Assembly (NCBI GenBank): GCA_012295275.1
Contig: CM022670.1
Location: forward strand, 20,398,001-20,462,000
Direction of reading: 5' to 3'
Origin: Chrysomallon squamiferum
Lineage: Eukaryota > Animalia > Mollusca
Length of the DNA stretch: 64,000 nucleotides
A program made the translations under genes and the position numbers. Of this stretch, positions 24,791-40,398 are shown in pieces. Under the pieces are notes generated by a model. It worked only from the letters and a program-made list of their open reading frames with translations. It made no database searches and was not told the origin of the DNA. Within the stretch, counting starts at the first letter, position 1, and each line of letters starts with the position of its first letter.

Positions 24791-27694
24791 TGCTTTCTAA
24801 CCAAACACAGACTTATACTAACAACTGAGACTTCAGAATTACAACACAGCAGAACAGCAGCTGTATGTTTAAGCACATAATTAACTAGAAATAATGAAGA
24901 AGAAACAGAATATCTGTTCAAAAATACATCACCAGATAATTAAACACTATTTATATGACTAGAGACTGTGAAACAGTAGTTACAAATTACCAGTGTTATA
25001 TATTGTTGCATCAGCTAGCGTGAGCCTCGGTCAGTTGATAATAATCTGTGATGCTAATGTGAAAATGAACACAATTATTTTGTTATTAAGCCTTTCCCAA
25101 AACTGAAAACATTAAAATGCATACATAGCACTTATTAGAATGCTGTCTTGATAATATCTTTAAGTGTTAATCAACATAATTATTTTCTTATTAAGCATTT
25201 TCCAAAATCAACATAATTATTTTGTCTTGAAAATACTTATATGTATTCAAGTAATTATAAGTTGTACTTCTCATTGCTAACTGATTGAAAATTAATCTAG
25301 TTTGTTTGCTGATATTAATGCAGAAGTTACATAGTTTATAATGTGGATTCTTTTGTTTTATAGTACATATTTTGAACGTGATGTTCTTTTCCTGCTTATT
25401 TGAAAACTGATCTAAGCCATTTGGTGATATTACTGCACAACTCATCACATTTTGTATTAAAGATTCCTTTCCTATCCAGTAAATATTTTGAACTTAATAT
25501 TCTTTCCCAGCTTATTTGAAAACTGGTGGTTGATCATGTTTGTAAATAAACCTTTCTATGCCACAGAATGGATAATTCCTGTGAGATGTGGGTGAAATCT
25601 CACTGAGGTAATAAATTCAGTTGTAATTTCATTGCACACCAAACGCTGTGGTGATACTGCCTTTGCAGTTCAGGCATGAAATTATTTCTTAATGAAAATG
25701 GTACTGAACAAGTTGGAAGATGTATCATGTGTCTAATCATAACAGGATGAAAAGCCAGAAAAAAAGAAGAAAAAATCCTCTGATCTATCACACATAGGAT
25801 CTGTGCTGTAAGCACTGATGCTGACAGTCTCACAGGAAAAAATTGGAAACAATAATTCAAATTGAGTTCAAAATATTTTGTAAAAAAAAAAAAAAAAAAA
25901 AATTAATAAAAAAAAGAAAGAATAAACATAATAATAATAAACATAATAAACATAAACATAATAATAATAATAATATAAATAAAATAAACAGTAAATAAAA
26001 TAAAAATAAAAATAAAATAATGCTCAGATAATGAACCAACAAATATACTACAACAGTGAACAAAATGTTATTATAAAATGATACAAATCAGAATGACCAA
26101 ATGCTTGATGAAAATCACTTTAATATTTAAAAGCAAATAATAATATAACACAGTATTTCTTATAATGTTGTTATAATGAAACAGATTAAAAATTCTACCA
26201 TCATGAAGTTCTGTGATCATAACAGAAAACAGTTCATATTATAATACATAAGGCTCACAAATGTTTAATCAACTATTATTAAATAAATTTGGTATAATAC
26301 ATATTATATGCCTAATCACAACAAAAAATAATTTGGTATAACCCTCCACACACAAACACATACAAATATGCATACACAGACACACAAACACACACACACA
26401 ATGATATATTTAATATTTTACTGTAATATTTTATTATACATTTAAGAACTTGTACTTGAAGACAGTAATAAAAACTGAAACTACAAAATTCCATAGAAAA
26501 ATCCCTGTCATATTCCTCCTAGTATACACATACTTCAGGAACCAGGATAATCCTTCGTCTATTGCAGTGATGTTTACTTTGTGCCAGACAGTGCTGGGAT
26601 ATGTCTGTGACTGGAGTAAGATCGCAGTTTGACAAAATATCAGAGGTGATTACAGACCATTTCAATGATGTTTGATCTCTGAACCTCAGAAGATAAATCT
26701 GTCAGATCCAGTAAATTGCATATACATATCATTTCTTTGTCAAAGATTTTACCAGTACACTGGTTAAGATATCAGGTTTAAGGCTGGTAGGGACTGAGTT
26801 CAAAACTTAGTAGTTACTTATTTTCTTTTCTTTTCTTATTTTTTTTTAGAATTAAAAAAAAAATTAATTAGATTATTATTTTTTTTTTACATCATTACAT
26901 TATTATTGCCATCATGTTATATATGTTATGTTCATGTTATTATAGTGTTATTTTATTACTCTACATTTGATTTGAAGAAAATACTTGATTTTTTATTGTC
27001 TAATCATATAGTTCGGAAATGTTAAATGTTTCATTTATTACTTCTCATTTAATGAGCATGGTTTTCTTGTGAAGAAATATCCTTTTTATTTTTTTTCTTA
27101 AGCTGCACTGATCTAGCTACTCAATTTTAAATGTCATTTAGTAGTGTTATATCCATGGTAACCTGGAATCAGAGTATGTTTATCTTCTAATTATTGTATT
27201 TATATATTTTATGTTTAAATTACATTAAGTAGTGTGAAATAAAAACATCTACACTTTTAAGAAACTAATTCTATAAGATGCTGATGATAATTTAGTTCTA
27301 ACTCAGTTATTTCCCATTCCAACCAGAATGGTATACCCTTCCTGTGTTTTGGATCTCTTGCTGCTAATCTCCCCCAACAAACAAATGAAAAACCCAACAA
27401 AAACAAAACAAACGAAACAAGCAAAATGTTGAACACCCTAAAACAGTTACAATGTCTTGTTGATTTTGTCAGTGTTTTTTTATTTTTTGACATGTTACAT
27501 AATGTGAGAAAATTGACAGTTTTATTCATTTATTTGTTGTATGACCTAGATGAAACCACTGACAGTTATTTAAACTTGTTATTATTAAATTAATAACTTC
27601 CACTTGAAAACAGTCACCAAAAAAAAATTTGAATCTTTTCTTACATTTTTATTACATATCTTATTTATTAATCATTATTTTGTTTTACAGCACT

Positions 27695-27930
27695 TATTAA
27701 CTTTACTTAATTTACAGTTGAATGCACCTCTGTGTAAGGACGTTCCATTCAATCACACTAACAGCACAGAACACTGACACAGAACAAATAAATGTTAAAT
27801 AAAGGCAGACAAAAATAGCTAGCTAGACAATATGTATTTTTAAAATAAACACAGTGCTAAACTCTGTTAAAGTTGAAACGTCTAGGGAAACAATACAAAT
27901 TCTGTCGTGACATTTTTCACTGGATAACTA
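27695..27930. repeat. Dispersed repeat family B, copy 2
   Basis: aaatgttaaataaaggcagacaaaaatagctagctagacaatatgtatttttaaaataaacac; same orientation as copy 1. Confidence 0.6.
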
Positions 27931-30900
27931 ACTTCTCATCACAATTTTCACCATTTTCTTTAAACAAATTAGTTCTAGGTGTGTCTACAATTTAAATGTC
28001 ATTCTTCACCGAAGACAAGCAAAGTCTTGAAACTAATTAGCAGCCGTGAACATGTGTCAAGACTTCTGAAAAAATTAATCAATTATAACTTTTTTCTGTG
28101 TGTAATTATATCTAATTAAGGTTCCTCCTTCACATTTAGAACAGTGGGGTGTGAACAGAGGTTAAGTTTGTTGCAATCTGATGCACTGGTGTTTATTACT
28201 AGAAATAAATTATGCAGATATTGTAACTAACCATTGTCAGACTTGATGTCTATAGTATCTAAGCCTTGAATTTTAAGACAAATTTTCTTCAGTTCAAATA
28301 CTGCACCCCTGGCTATTTTGGGGAAGTGAAAGATTTACAGAATCCTTTCTTCTTTGCAACTAATTTTCTAGCATCATGACACTAACATAGTTTTAACAGC
28401 AGAATATCACTGTCCATGGATTGAGTGGCAAAGACAAACAAACATAAACCTTTAGTAGATATCAGCAATTTTCAGATAGATAGAATATTATTTCAGAACA
28501 GCAAAATGGTTTGCTTTTACTTCATCAAAATAACATTAAACACAATTATTTAAAAATTGTACAAAGCACCATTGTTATGCTGTTTTTACAAAACCCCAGA
28601 CATCTATATACACTGGGTTCCTGCCTGCATATAAGGGTTCTTTTAATTTCAAACATCAAAAGACTTGAGAACACATACAACAATTTTCATGTGAAATGAT
28701 TTGAACAATAAAACAGCTGAACAGGTGTGAATACAAGAAACCCATCAGTCCTCAGTGGTATCTTTGATACAGAGTGTAACCCTAAATTATATATCTGGAA
28801 CTAGTTTGAGGATATTAAACTCTGACATTTGAACTACATAAAAAATTATTGACTGGTATGTTATGAAATTATCTGACAATAGTCTTTTTTTTCTTTTCTA
28901 ATGACTATCTGTCCTGGCAGTGTGTTCACTGATTATCTCACATGTCAAGAATACAAAACTGTGCAGAATCAATAATCGAGATCACGATCACTTAAATGTT
29001 TAACTCATCCCACAGTAACTTACATAATCTCAGTCATGTCTGTTAGCTGCAAGGAGAGATTTTCACTTCAGAATCTGTACACATGTTAATGACAAGTTTT
29101 TTCTGTCCCCAAGGCAGGGTGATTTGTATGTACAGAATGTCTCTGAAGAAACTGGTAATTTTCCTATCTAATCATTTTTTTTTTCTTTTTAAAATTCTGA
29201 TTGATTCAATTATTTTTTTCTATGAGAAATATATGTAAAAGAGTTGGTACTGTTTATGGTTCAGATGAAATATATAGATAGTATAAATGAATGAATAAAA
29301 AGGAGAAAAAAAGAAGGAAATAAAAATGTACATATTGCTGGTTTTGATTTCTTTTTTCAAGTAGTATTCTATTCAGTTGTTATTTTCTTTGGAAAAAATA
29401 TATGTAAAAAATGTCTTGCTACATGTGGTCCAAATAAAGTAGATAGTTTTATTTTTTTAGTGATTATTGGAAATAAAAAATGAAAACAATAAAAAGGTAT
29501 ATTGCTACTGACTGCTCTGTAGTAACAGTCAGCAGGAAATTATTTTTTCAAAGTTCAGATGAAACAAAAACAATTGTAGACTGAATCTATTAGCAACTGA
29601 GTAATGGATGAATTTATAATTAAGAATTTTTTCCCATTTGTTTCTAAGTTCTCAGATAAAAGAAAAGGAGATGCTAACTATAGTACAGCATACATCATAA
29701 TGATTTCCATAAAAAAGTAATTATTATATGTAAAAAATGGATTGGACCTGCAATACAATGAAAACTAATGTTTATATAGTACCTGAATTAACAGCATATA
29801 CCGAACAGAAGAAAATAGATCTTATAATAATAAAATAAAAAAGAAGAAGGTAATAATAAATAAATAAATGATGAAACTGTGTTGGATGAACTGACTGACT
29901 GACTGATTAATGAACAGATGAATAAAAAGATGGATAGAAGGAAGGAAATAAATTACATATTTGTTGGAAATTAATTGATGAATATATATATAGATAGGTG
30001 CACTCATGATATCAATGAAGGTATAAATAATAAGATATTTAAAATATAAATATCAAGAACAGAAAAAATTACAAAATTAGTGATTATTTCTTATAAGGGT
30101 AAAAAGCCACCATAGCTGAACAGCATAGACAAACAAAAACTAAGAATAAAACAAAACTAGTCTGACAAACAATATTTCATTGGAGATGGCCAACCAACAA
30201 CTTTTTCATCAGTAGCAGTACATGACATAACTGATACACTGACTCTCTGATGTTCATTTTTAACAGGAACATCTAACCATGTACTGCTCAGCAAATCTAA
30301 TATTGACTTTTCAGTTTTTTTGTCATTTTCAGCAAACATACTGGCAAATAATGACAATGTTTGCTTGCATGAGTGTGAAATAGAGACATTAACGTTTTGT
30401 TCATGTAGGATTACTTTTTATTCAGCACTGGTTCTATAGCTTTGTTCATTGATTCCAGACCAATAATAAACAGGATCTATACAGGACCAAAAAATGTTAG
30501 GAATCTTGTGAAAATTCATTATGATGATTAGATCTTTTGGTATTCACTGTATAACAATTAAAGTGAAGAAATTAATAACTGATATTTTAATTTTAATATC
30601 AGTTACTGACATAAATTAGATAAGGTTTGTTGTTTAACAAATGAAGAAACAGTATGATCCATAACTTTTTTTTTCAGTATAAGTTGAATATCGATAATTT
30701 TATCTTTCACAGTAGTAAAATACAGACAATAATAATATATGGGTAATATCTATATTGCAAACAAGGAAGAACATGCCAAAGCTCTTCAGATTAAAACAAA
30801 ATCATACAACAAAGGGTCTGTAAATGTTTTAAATGTTATGTATAACAAAGAATTAACGAAAAAACATTTGTATATGAAAGTTGTATATATTATTGCCATG

Positions 30901-33638
30901 ACAGCAAATTAACAAAGTGAAGAAAAAAGTTTTTAATTTAATTTTTATTTTTTTAAATATGCATTGTTTTATTTTTATTTGTGGTTACAAGAAAAACATA
31001 ATGATGATCAATACTGATTATTCTTCAAACAGTTACATTTTTTAAATATATTTCTTGACCAACTAAATTTTCTCTGTATCTGGATTAGTATATTTTTGCA
31101 ATTATGTAATTTTCTCTGTTGTTCTGTATTTACTTAGATATTTTCACAACAATGCTATTACTGACATGACATTTAGAGATTTGAACCTTATTCCTTTATG
31201 TATTTTCCAAACTTCAAAGAATTTGTTTTACTTATTAGAAATGACCAACCTTTGCTAATGATAAAGTAATAAATAATACAACAAGTCTATAAAGATGTAT
31301 AGTGGATGAAATTTTCTCTAGTTTCTTATGTATTTATAAACATTACATAATGAATATAAATATTATGTAAAGAAATTTAAAAATGAATAAATTATTATAA
31401 ATTTGCCAATGATTAATACACCAAGATAAAAATAAAGAAATAGAAATGAATAAATCCTAAACACAGGGGCAATAGCTTCAAATCTTTCATTTTTATTTTT
31501 TATTAATTTCAGAGAAACAATGTAAAAATCTTTGTTGTGTCATTTTCACATTTTATTATTACCAAACATTGATCTCAAAGTATAAATAAAACAGTCACTT
31601 GAAACCATATAAAACAATTTCATGTGATAAAGTTTGCTCCATCCATTTCATTTCAGGACCATTATTAAACAATTCCAGTAACTGGGGATCATGAAACCTC
31701 AATCCACATCAGTACCCCTCAAAAAAACAGAATTAATAGTTCTCATAAGTACTGCTATGTTCTCCACCACTATTCTTGTCAAATGAATTGCCAACAATAG
31801 CATCAAAATCAGTTCTAAACTACTGTATAAAAATGGTGCCTTCAGCAAATGAGAGTTTTGGGAATTGGCTGTTGGATGATAAAGAATGATGATGAGTAGT
31901 CTGAAGAGATGTGTGTGAAGTCTCATAAGACATTTCTGTTATAAAGACGCAGTACTGCACAGTAAGAATCGGGCTAGTTTACACAGGGAGTGGGTGATAA
32001 CATATGGTCTATGATGAATATTAATGGGATAAAGAGTGAATAGATGTGATCAACCGTTTCAGTATACAGATGATTAGGCAAATACACAGGGTGTGTGGGA
32101 ATTACTTTGTACTGATTGGTTTATTTTAGTTTTGTTTATTTGTTTGTTTGTTTGTTTGTTTGTTTGTTTGCTTGTTTGTTTTAAGTTTTACTCTATAACA
32201 TTTAAAAATTTATATATTTATTTATGTATTTTGTTACATTTTATTTTATTTATTGAGTAATTAGTTATATTATTTTAATTATTAAAAAGCAAATGAATAG
32301 TAGATTGATCAGGAGATAAACTGAATGAATGAATTTTCATATTCTGGAATGCTGAAGCAAGGTAATGCAGTAATCAGACAGCAGTATAGATGATGTTGTC
32401 AGATGACAATGTTAACTCATGTAGATTAATGTTGTTATTCTCCAGGGCTCATCTGCGTATGAACAGGTATGTGGAGAAAGAAAGTACAAACAAAAGAGTT
32501 CTAGTGAGTGGGTGAATATCAGATAAAGAAATATAGGCATGGTGGAAGAGATAGAGAAAAACAGTGATAGATACAGAGATAGTGAAAGTGAGTGGATGAG
32601 TACCAGAGATTGAAAGACAGAGAGACAGGCAGGATCAAAAAGACAGAAAAACAGTGAAAGATATAGAGACAGAGATAGTGGAAAAGAGAAAAAAACAGGA
32701 CAGGTATAGAAATAGCCAGGGGTTGAAAAAACAGAGAAACAGCGATGGGTGATAACAGATATACAGAAAAATAAGTAAGGAGAAAATGTTCTATTTAATA
32801 ATACACTGAACTCATTCATAATCAGTGTTTATGTGACATCACATCGTACATATAGTTTAAAACCACACGTGAGAAAAAGTGAGAAAGAAAAAACCCACAG
32901 AGAAATTTAAAAAGATGAGAAAAAGAGAAAGAGGTAGAAAGATTAAGAATTAATTTACCAATAAGCTAAATTTCAAAAAAAACTTTCAAGCATTATTACC
33001 ATTTGTATAAAATACATTAAAATTTATATTTTATATGTAAAGAATGGACCATAACTGGTATTACATGCACATTAACTGAAAGCTGATATGAATCTATGCT
33101 TAATGAATGGACTAACATTGAGTGAATGGATCAATAAATGAATGGAGCATACATAATTTGCATTAAAGCAGTAAAAAGGAAGATGGTCATAATGTAATGA
33201 GATCCAGTGACTGCAGATCAGCAGAAACCTACACCTGGGGACACCTGGAACCTGTTAGTGACTGTCTTCAGGGATCACTGATTATTACTGTATGAAAAGC
33301 ACTATACACTTGTCTACATCATTCAAAACCCATCCCATTCTGTGTGTGGGCTGAACAGCAGTATGGATGGTAGACTGTGTTTTGACGTATTTTGTAATAT
33401 AGCTTATTTGAATGTTGTAATTTGAACTATTTAGAGAATATAATGGACACTGTTTGTTAAATTTTAATTCACACATGATGTGCATAATTTCGGACCAGTC
33501 CTCTAAATGAAATGTTGTTGGACAATTAGGAAATTTAATATAACTTTGGAATCTAAGTAGGTTGTTTGTTTATTAGGAAATCCAGTGCACTATCAAGGCA
33601 TTTAGTAGAATACATGGCAACTCAGTATTTCTATAAAC

Positions 33639-33642
<4 letters not shown>

Positions 33643-33688
<46 letters not shown>

Positions 33689-33712
33689 AGTGTGTGTGTG
33701 TGTGTGTGTGTG
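33643..33712. repeat. (TG)n microsatellite
   Basis: Read directly. Confidence 0.95.
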
Positions 33713-34859
33713 AGGCAGACATTTGGTTTAGACAAACTCAGTCTGAGTATGAAAATGGAATGGAGTTTCTTAAAAGCTACACAATTAAAAAAATTATAAG
33801 CATTTACTTTTTATTGTCTTTTGCTTCACTTCTTTTTCTCATAAATTTTTTACAGCTGTATGAGGCTTCAAAATACAAGCAAGAGAAAAAAGGTCACATG
33901 CCCCCAAAAATCACTAAATAATACATAAGTATTTCTCTGCCTATGACTTTTATACTTGGTTTATTAAATACCTGCTTTGACCTTAACCAAAACTTAAACA
34001 AATCCTTTCAAAATAGCAAAGTTAGGTAGTGCAACAGTGCCAATGATTGTAAATCTGAGAGAAAAAAAGATGATTTATCCATTATCAGAACAGTCAATAT
34101 GGCATAATCTCAAGGATTACTCTCTCATGTATAGAGAACCAAGGATTCTGAAAAGCAAACACACACATAATCTCATATACAGATTAAGTATTTTATTTCA
34201 TATTTACAATAGTGGTTAAAGAAAATCTGTTTGTTTCTGCTTAAAGGTTTAATACATACTATGTATAAATCTTATGATGTAAATGGTCCCATTATGATGT
34301 CATAATATTTTCTTTTTGTATAATTGTATGCAAGTACATACTTTCTGAGTTTATTTGAGTATAATAATTTTATGTGTGTGTGTGTGTGTTCTGTTTCAGC
34401 AAAGGTTACAACCTCAAAAGATGTTATGTTATTAAATGTTTTAGCTCAGTGTACAGACAGGGATAACTGTGTAATCAGATTTGAAATATGAGATTGATCA
34501 GCCTATTCAATGTCTCAAGAAAAGAAAAATCATTAAAGAAAGTGAAAAAAATATGTGAATACTGAAAAATTCCTTTAAATTGCAGAGATTACAAATTAAA
34601 TAACATTTAAATTAGGTTAAAAAAAAAAATGATTAAACTTTCAATACAAAACTACACCCAAGAAGAAATAATGAAAGGATGATGAAAAAACTAATAAAAT
34701 ATTTTATTAGTAAAAAAAATATATACTAACACCACCTTTTAATATTTCTTACTAAAAACTGTTTTTTTTCTCACAAAGATTTAAGTATTTTTTAGTAAAA
34801 CTTTTCATTTGATATTGTCCAATCTAATTATAAAGAAGAGACAGTTCTAGTTTCATAAA

Positions 34860-34985
34860 CAGTGCTCCTCAGCATCTCCAGTGGATGATTTCCTGTTCCA
34901 AACAGAGCTCTCTGTCAATGGAAATGAGTATGTGAAAGAACCCTTTCTAACTGAAAAACAATAGTGGGTTTTCTTTGTCATTCAT
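34860..34985 (+). mobile_element. SINE family A fragment, highly decayed
   Basis: atttcctgttcca...tgtgaaagaaccctttctaac...gtgggttttct. Confidence 0.4.
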
Positions 34986-37900
34986 GACAATATTTTATCT
35001 GACTTCAAGAAGTTTTACACATTTAATTTAATCTCTGATGGAAAATGATCTGATTATAGTTCTGTAGAGATTTGAAAGAAACAAGAAATAAAAATGTTCT
35101 TGTTTAAGTTAGTTTTGTTACTTTCCTTTTACAAGTAAAATCTAGGTTCACACATCCTGGCCTTTATGTGATAGAATGTTAAGAATAAAATAAAATTAGT
35201 TTAATTTATAAATTTACACATCTCTTAGAGACAGACTGCTGTGAATTGATCCCACTCTCCCAGAATGATTAGTTTTGTTGACAACCAGGGTGTCAAAATG
35301 TCAAAATTAAAATGTTGGTTAAACTGGTTTACTTATGAATGGAATGCATGTACACTGGTATTTGTTCTCAAGACTCTCATTCTCTCAGCTGTGTTTTAGA
35401 ACAATAAAGCCAAATACAGTATATGTTACATTTGGAGAAGAAAGAAATTATTTGATATATCAGTCTGATTAATCAGTATCAAGATTGTTACTGTACCAAA
35501 CCTTCTTATTTGCATTTGTAATTAATACTGCACTGACAGCTGTTTACTTTATCAATAATGATTTTTAAGTCAGATGTATAAAAGCTTTTTTTTAATCATA
35601 TATTAGACAGTTGTATTACATTTAAAATATTTTTTCTTCTTCTGTTAGGTCATATTAGCTGATGTCACAAGTATATATAATTGTGTTTGTATTTAATTAT
35701 ATATCTCTCTTCAATGTTCTTTGTGACAATTTTAGGATTCATATTTTTTTCCGTGTGAACAAATGAAATAAAAGAAACTGACATAATACAAATAAAAATG
35801 CAGTCTGATAAAATTTAACATTAAGAAAATACAAAATAATCTAGCAATAGAGTATATTAAATCAATACAATTCAAATCAAAGGCAAAAACAAAACAAGGC
35901 AAAATATAAGTCAATGTAAAGTATGGCCAGACTAGGCAAGGAAGAAAGAAAAAAGTATGCATATTTATATCAATAAATAAGCAGATACATGATAAATTAT
36001 TCACTTTATTTTATAATTCTGATGTATCTATATAGCAACACTGCAAGTTTCCCCTTTTACCGGATGCATTGATCAGTAAAACAATGCTTGTGACTATAAA
36101 TGCATTATCCAATTTCCTCATTACAGTACAACAATAAAAGGACTGCCACAAGAGATAATGGATACTTGTAACAAGCTTTCATGAAAACAATCAGTGCTAG
36201 TTTCTTTAAAACAGTAAACAAAAGGTCTTGCATCATGGCTGTTGATCACCAATGAATTCTGCCATAGATTACAAAAGCTTCATAACACGAAAATAATTTC
36301 TCACTTACAGATTGAAACAATGTTTCTTTCTCAGAAAGCAGACACCATGTATGCATGGATGTATATATGACTGTGTGGATGTGTGTGTGTGTGTGGGTGC
36401 TTTAAAGTATGCATGTATGCACATATATATATGTGTTTATGTATATGTCTGTGTTTTTGTGTGAGTATTTGTGTGTTGAATGTATATGAATTTTTATTTT
36501 AATCTTTAGTATTCTAAAGTAAAATAATTATTTTAATTCCAAAATGTTGTACCAGTCATGATGTATATCTATTTATGATTTTTTTTTTTTTTATTAATCA
36601 GTTTCTTTATGTTTATTAACATCAGAGACATTTATCAGATTTTATTTTCATAAATCTTTATTATGCTAACTTTTGGAAATAACCCATTTTTAACTATGCT
36701 TTATAGGTTTCAATATATATTCTACAGTGAATGCAGAAAACCATGTCTAAATGGATAATGTACAAAATAATGGAATGACAGGTGAGAGGATGCAAAACAA
36801 CAGTCAGACATCTAGACAGACATCACTACAACAAGTTAATACTGAAATATTACATAAGCTGAATGTACCACAGCTAGGTACAGATATAACTGGTATTTTA
36901 ATGGCAGTAACATTACTGTTATCTCTGTATCACACTACTATAGTAGAATAGATAGAAATAAATAATTGATTTCATTCCATTTACTGTCAATTATTTAGTA
37001 ATTTTGTTATGTTATGCTAACTTGGATGTTTACTGTGAAAACTAGAAAAAAAGTCACTTATCACTGACCACTACAGCTTTTTCTTGAAAAGTTTTCACAA
37101 TCGGTAATGATGTGAAAAGGACCTTTCAGAATATTGACAAAGTAAAAGCTTAGCACCAGTGCATAATAATAAAATTCTCTTTTATGGATATCATACATAA
37201 TTTGATAAATTAATATATTAATTTATGCCATACTTCTTGTTGAATTAACATTCACTTGCCTGTTTAAGAACATAGGCACTGAAGAAAAACATTTTTTCAC
37301 CCTTAAATTCTTGTCTAGACATTAAGATAATTTTGGAACTCATCTTGTTGGCCATCTTAAAAAGGTAGGAAGTCAAGAAGCAGTACATGCTGGATTTTGT
37401 TATAACATGGCAGTGCGTCAAGTGGAATATAAAGAATTTTGTTTAGACATGCAACAAAATTTTCAAAAACTATAGCAACTTAAACAAAAATCAAAGTTTC
37501 CTTTGTTTATAAACACAAAAACAAGAGTCCTTATTAAATCAAAATCTTTCTTCTGTTACTATTCACAATTCACAATAAGCTGGCTAAAAATACTTTCTAT
37601 CAAGTTTAATTTAGGCTGTAAATGTTGAGATATGGCTCTCTCTTTCTGAAGGATATAAACTAATTACATCTCCTGTACTAATCATCTTGCACATCTGTCT
37701 AATGAAGAAACTGTGTGTCTGTCAGTCTGTTTAATAAAGAAATCTTCAAAATCAGATCAGATGTGCTACTTTTAAATAACTTTATGACAGAATAAAAAAC
37801 ATCTAATTTCATTTTAGATCTAAATGAAGACATTTCCTAGATTTCCGTCCCAGTAAATCTTGATGAACTTCAATTTATTGTTTTATTTTGTACCACCCAA

Positions 37901-40347
37901 GAACAACAGAATGAAAATGAAAATAGATATTGTTATTGATTTTGTATCCAGCCAGAATTATGAATGTGAAACCCCTTCTGTTTGCCTAGAAGATGTTGCT
38001 GGTTTTATATCCTATGTCGACAATTGCTGCCTTTTGTTCTTGTGGAAATATTAATAAAGTATGTAAGTGAAATGTCACAAAGTACATGAACTGTGAGCCA
38101 TAAAATCAGATATTGTAGCTTTTTTTGTAAAAGTCAGGTGAGTGGAAAAATACATTTTATTTGCTGCTCTTTAAAAAGAAGACTGCAGAGAGATAAGAAA
38201 CTGAAGAACCAGTCATGTGAATTAAACAAGTGAAATACAAAATTATACAGAAATAAATTATAGACTATAACATTGATAGTTGGAAGAACCATGTCTTTTA
38301 ACAAATTAATTATCTTATATTATTTTCATTATTTTAATATATTTCAGCTGTACATTTTATGTTGTGAATTGTGTGAAGAAGAAAGAAAATCTGAATTTTG
38401 TTTTAAAAATAAATGTCCTCAGATGCTGTCTGTTTTGTCTGAAGATCATGTTACAAATTAATGTGCTTCTGTTACTTGTAAATATCTGTTATTTTGATGT
38501 TTAACACACCTGAAATACATTCAGTGATACAGTAGAATACTTAATATACCTGGACATAACAGAAATAATGTTTAAGGCAAAATACAAAGTAAAACAAAAT
38601 AAAAGATAAAAATAAAAATAAATAAAAACAATGAGTTAAATAATAATAAATAAATAAATAAGTAGTTTAAAAAAAAAAAAAAATAATAATAGTAATAGTA
38701 ATACTACTAATAATAAATCAATCACCAAATAGATAAATAAATTAAAAAATAACGACTTTGGGGATTATGGATAATAGATTTTTTGCCATTAAAATTCACC
38801 ACCATGACATGCAGTTACTGAAAGATATTTTTAAAAATCTGAATCTGAAAAGGCAATCAAATAAATTGCTCAGCAAACCCATACACATAAAATCATAACA
38901 TAGCCTATAATTAAAAAAGCAGATTAAATTTTTGATTAAAATAATCCTGAGTTGTTACAAAGTTTTTTTAATACCTTTATTCTACTAGAATCAATAATTC
39001 TGTATTTAACAAGTGCCATTATATGAAAATTATATTATATATTATGAAGAAATTACATTAATACATAAATATTTGATAACATTAAACTTAATAATGCAGT
39101 TATGTCAGATACACATAATATATTCTTATGTAATAATATAATTATGTGTTTTGCGATGTCATATAATAATTATAATAAAAGGATAATAAGTTTTATGTTA
39201 CACTGCTACTTTGTATGTTTCATATGGGTAATGAGGAGCCATCTTTTTTGGTCAACATTATCCAAAAAAGGTAAAAAAGATTAGAAACCAATTGCAGAAT
39301 ATGATTAACTGTATAAGAAACAAAACTGACCAGACAGATAAAAAAAAATCTGTTTACAGAAATAAAATATATTTTTATAATGTTTCATATTATTCTATGT
39401 TACTGATACATATAATATTGGATTTTTATATCTAATATTCTAACTTCTTGATAAATATATTTAATATTTATTTATAAAATAGATTTGTTATGACATCAAA
39501 TAATGGAATTACCTTTGTGTATAATGTGTGTAGATATAGTATTTGTATAAAAATATGTTTGTATGTGTATATGTGAATATGTGTGTATATGTATATAAGT
39601 ATCTATGTATGTCTGTCTGTACATATGTGTATATGTATGCATATATATATCTGTGTATGTGTGTATGTACCTGTATGTATGTGTATGTATGTGTATAAAT
39701 GTATATTTTTTGTGTATCTATTTCTGTATGTATGTTTGTGTTTATCTATGTCTGTATGTATGTCTGTATATGTACATATGTATTCATGTACATGTGTATG
39801 TGTCTTTGTGTATGTGTGTATGTGCACATGTTTGTGTGTGTATGTCTATATATGATATTCAAAACAAAATAAAATAAAACAAATATGTCTGTCAGAATAC
39901 TTTCAGCCAGTATAAATAAGAGTACAAAACAATTCGGTTCAATGCATATGCTTTTTAAAATCCTATTCTTTCCAGATGCTACTGACCATTTAATTGTTTT
40001 AACCTTTTCTTTAATTCCAAGTCAGGAAATGTAACTGACGGGTGGAAAATAGGATTAGATAGCCAGTAAAATCCAATAAGTAAAGAAGTTTAATCTATTT
40101 TTCAACTGCTGTAAAGGCAGACATTCTTAATAATATTTCTGGGTGTGGAAAAAAAAAAGTTAGTAAATTAAATATAAACAGAGTGTGACCAGAGTACATC
40201 GTTTTATTATTACCAGACAAGAACCAAACTGACTTTATAATCTGAGATTAAATGCTCAAATAACTATAATGTAATATTATGCCCTTTTTACTTCTTTTTT
40301 TATAAACTAAGTATGCCATTGTGATATGCAGAAAGGCATTAGTTAAA

Positions 40348-40355
40348 TGTGTGTA

Positions 40356-40397
<42 letters not shown>
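40348..40397. repeat. (TG)n microsatellite
   Basis: Read directly. Confidence 0.95.

Positions 40398-40398
<1 letters not shown>

Noticed and set aside
26755-26812. tRNA-like A/B box sequence (tggttaag...gagttcaaa)
   Set aside because: No cloverleaf can be formed; more likely a decayed SINE head than a tRNA gene.
30157-30357. 66-aa protein-like ORF (…ENDKKTEKSILDLLSSTWLDV…)
   Set aside because: No recognisable family, no convincing splice sites, and not needed for the gene model.
31699-31935. GC-richer patch with a 75-aa ORF and a second, interrupted frame
   Set aside because: No recognisable homology and no phase-1 donor linking it to exon 2; possibly a TE relic, but I cannot support that.
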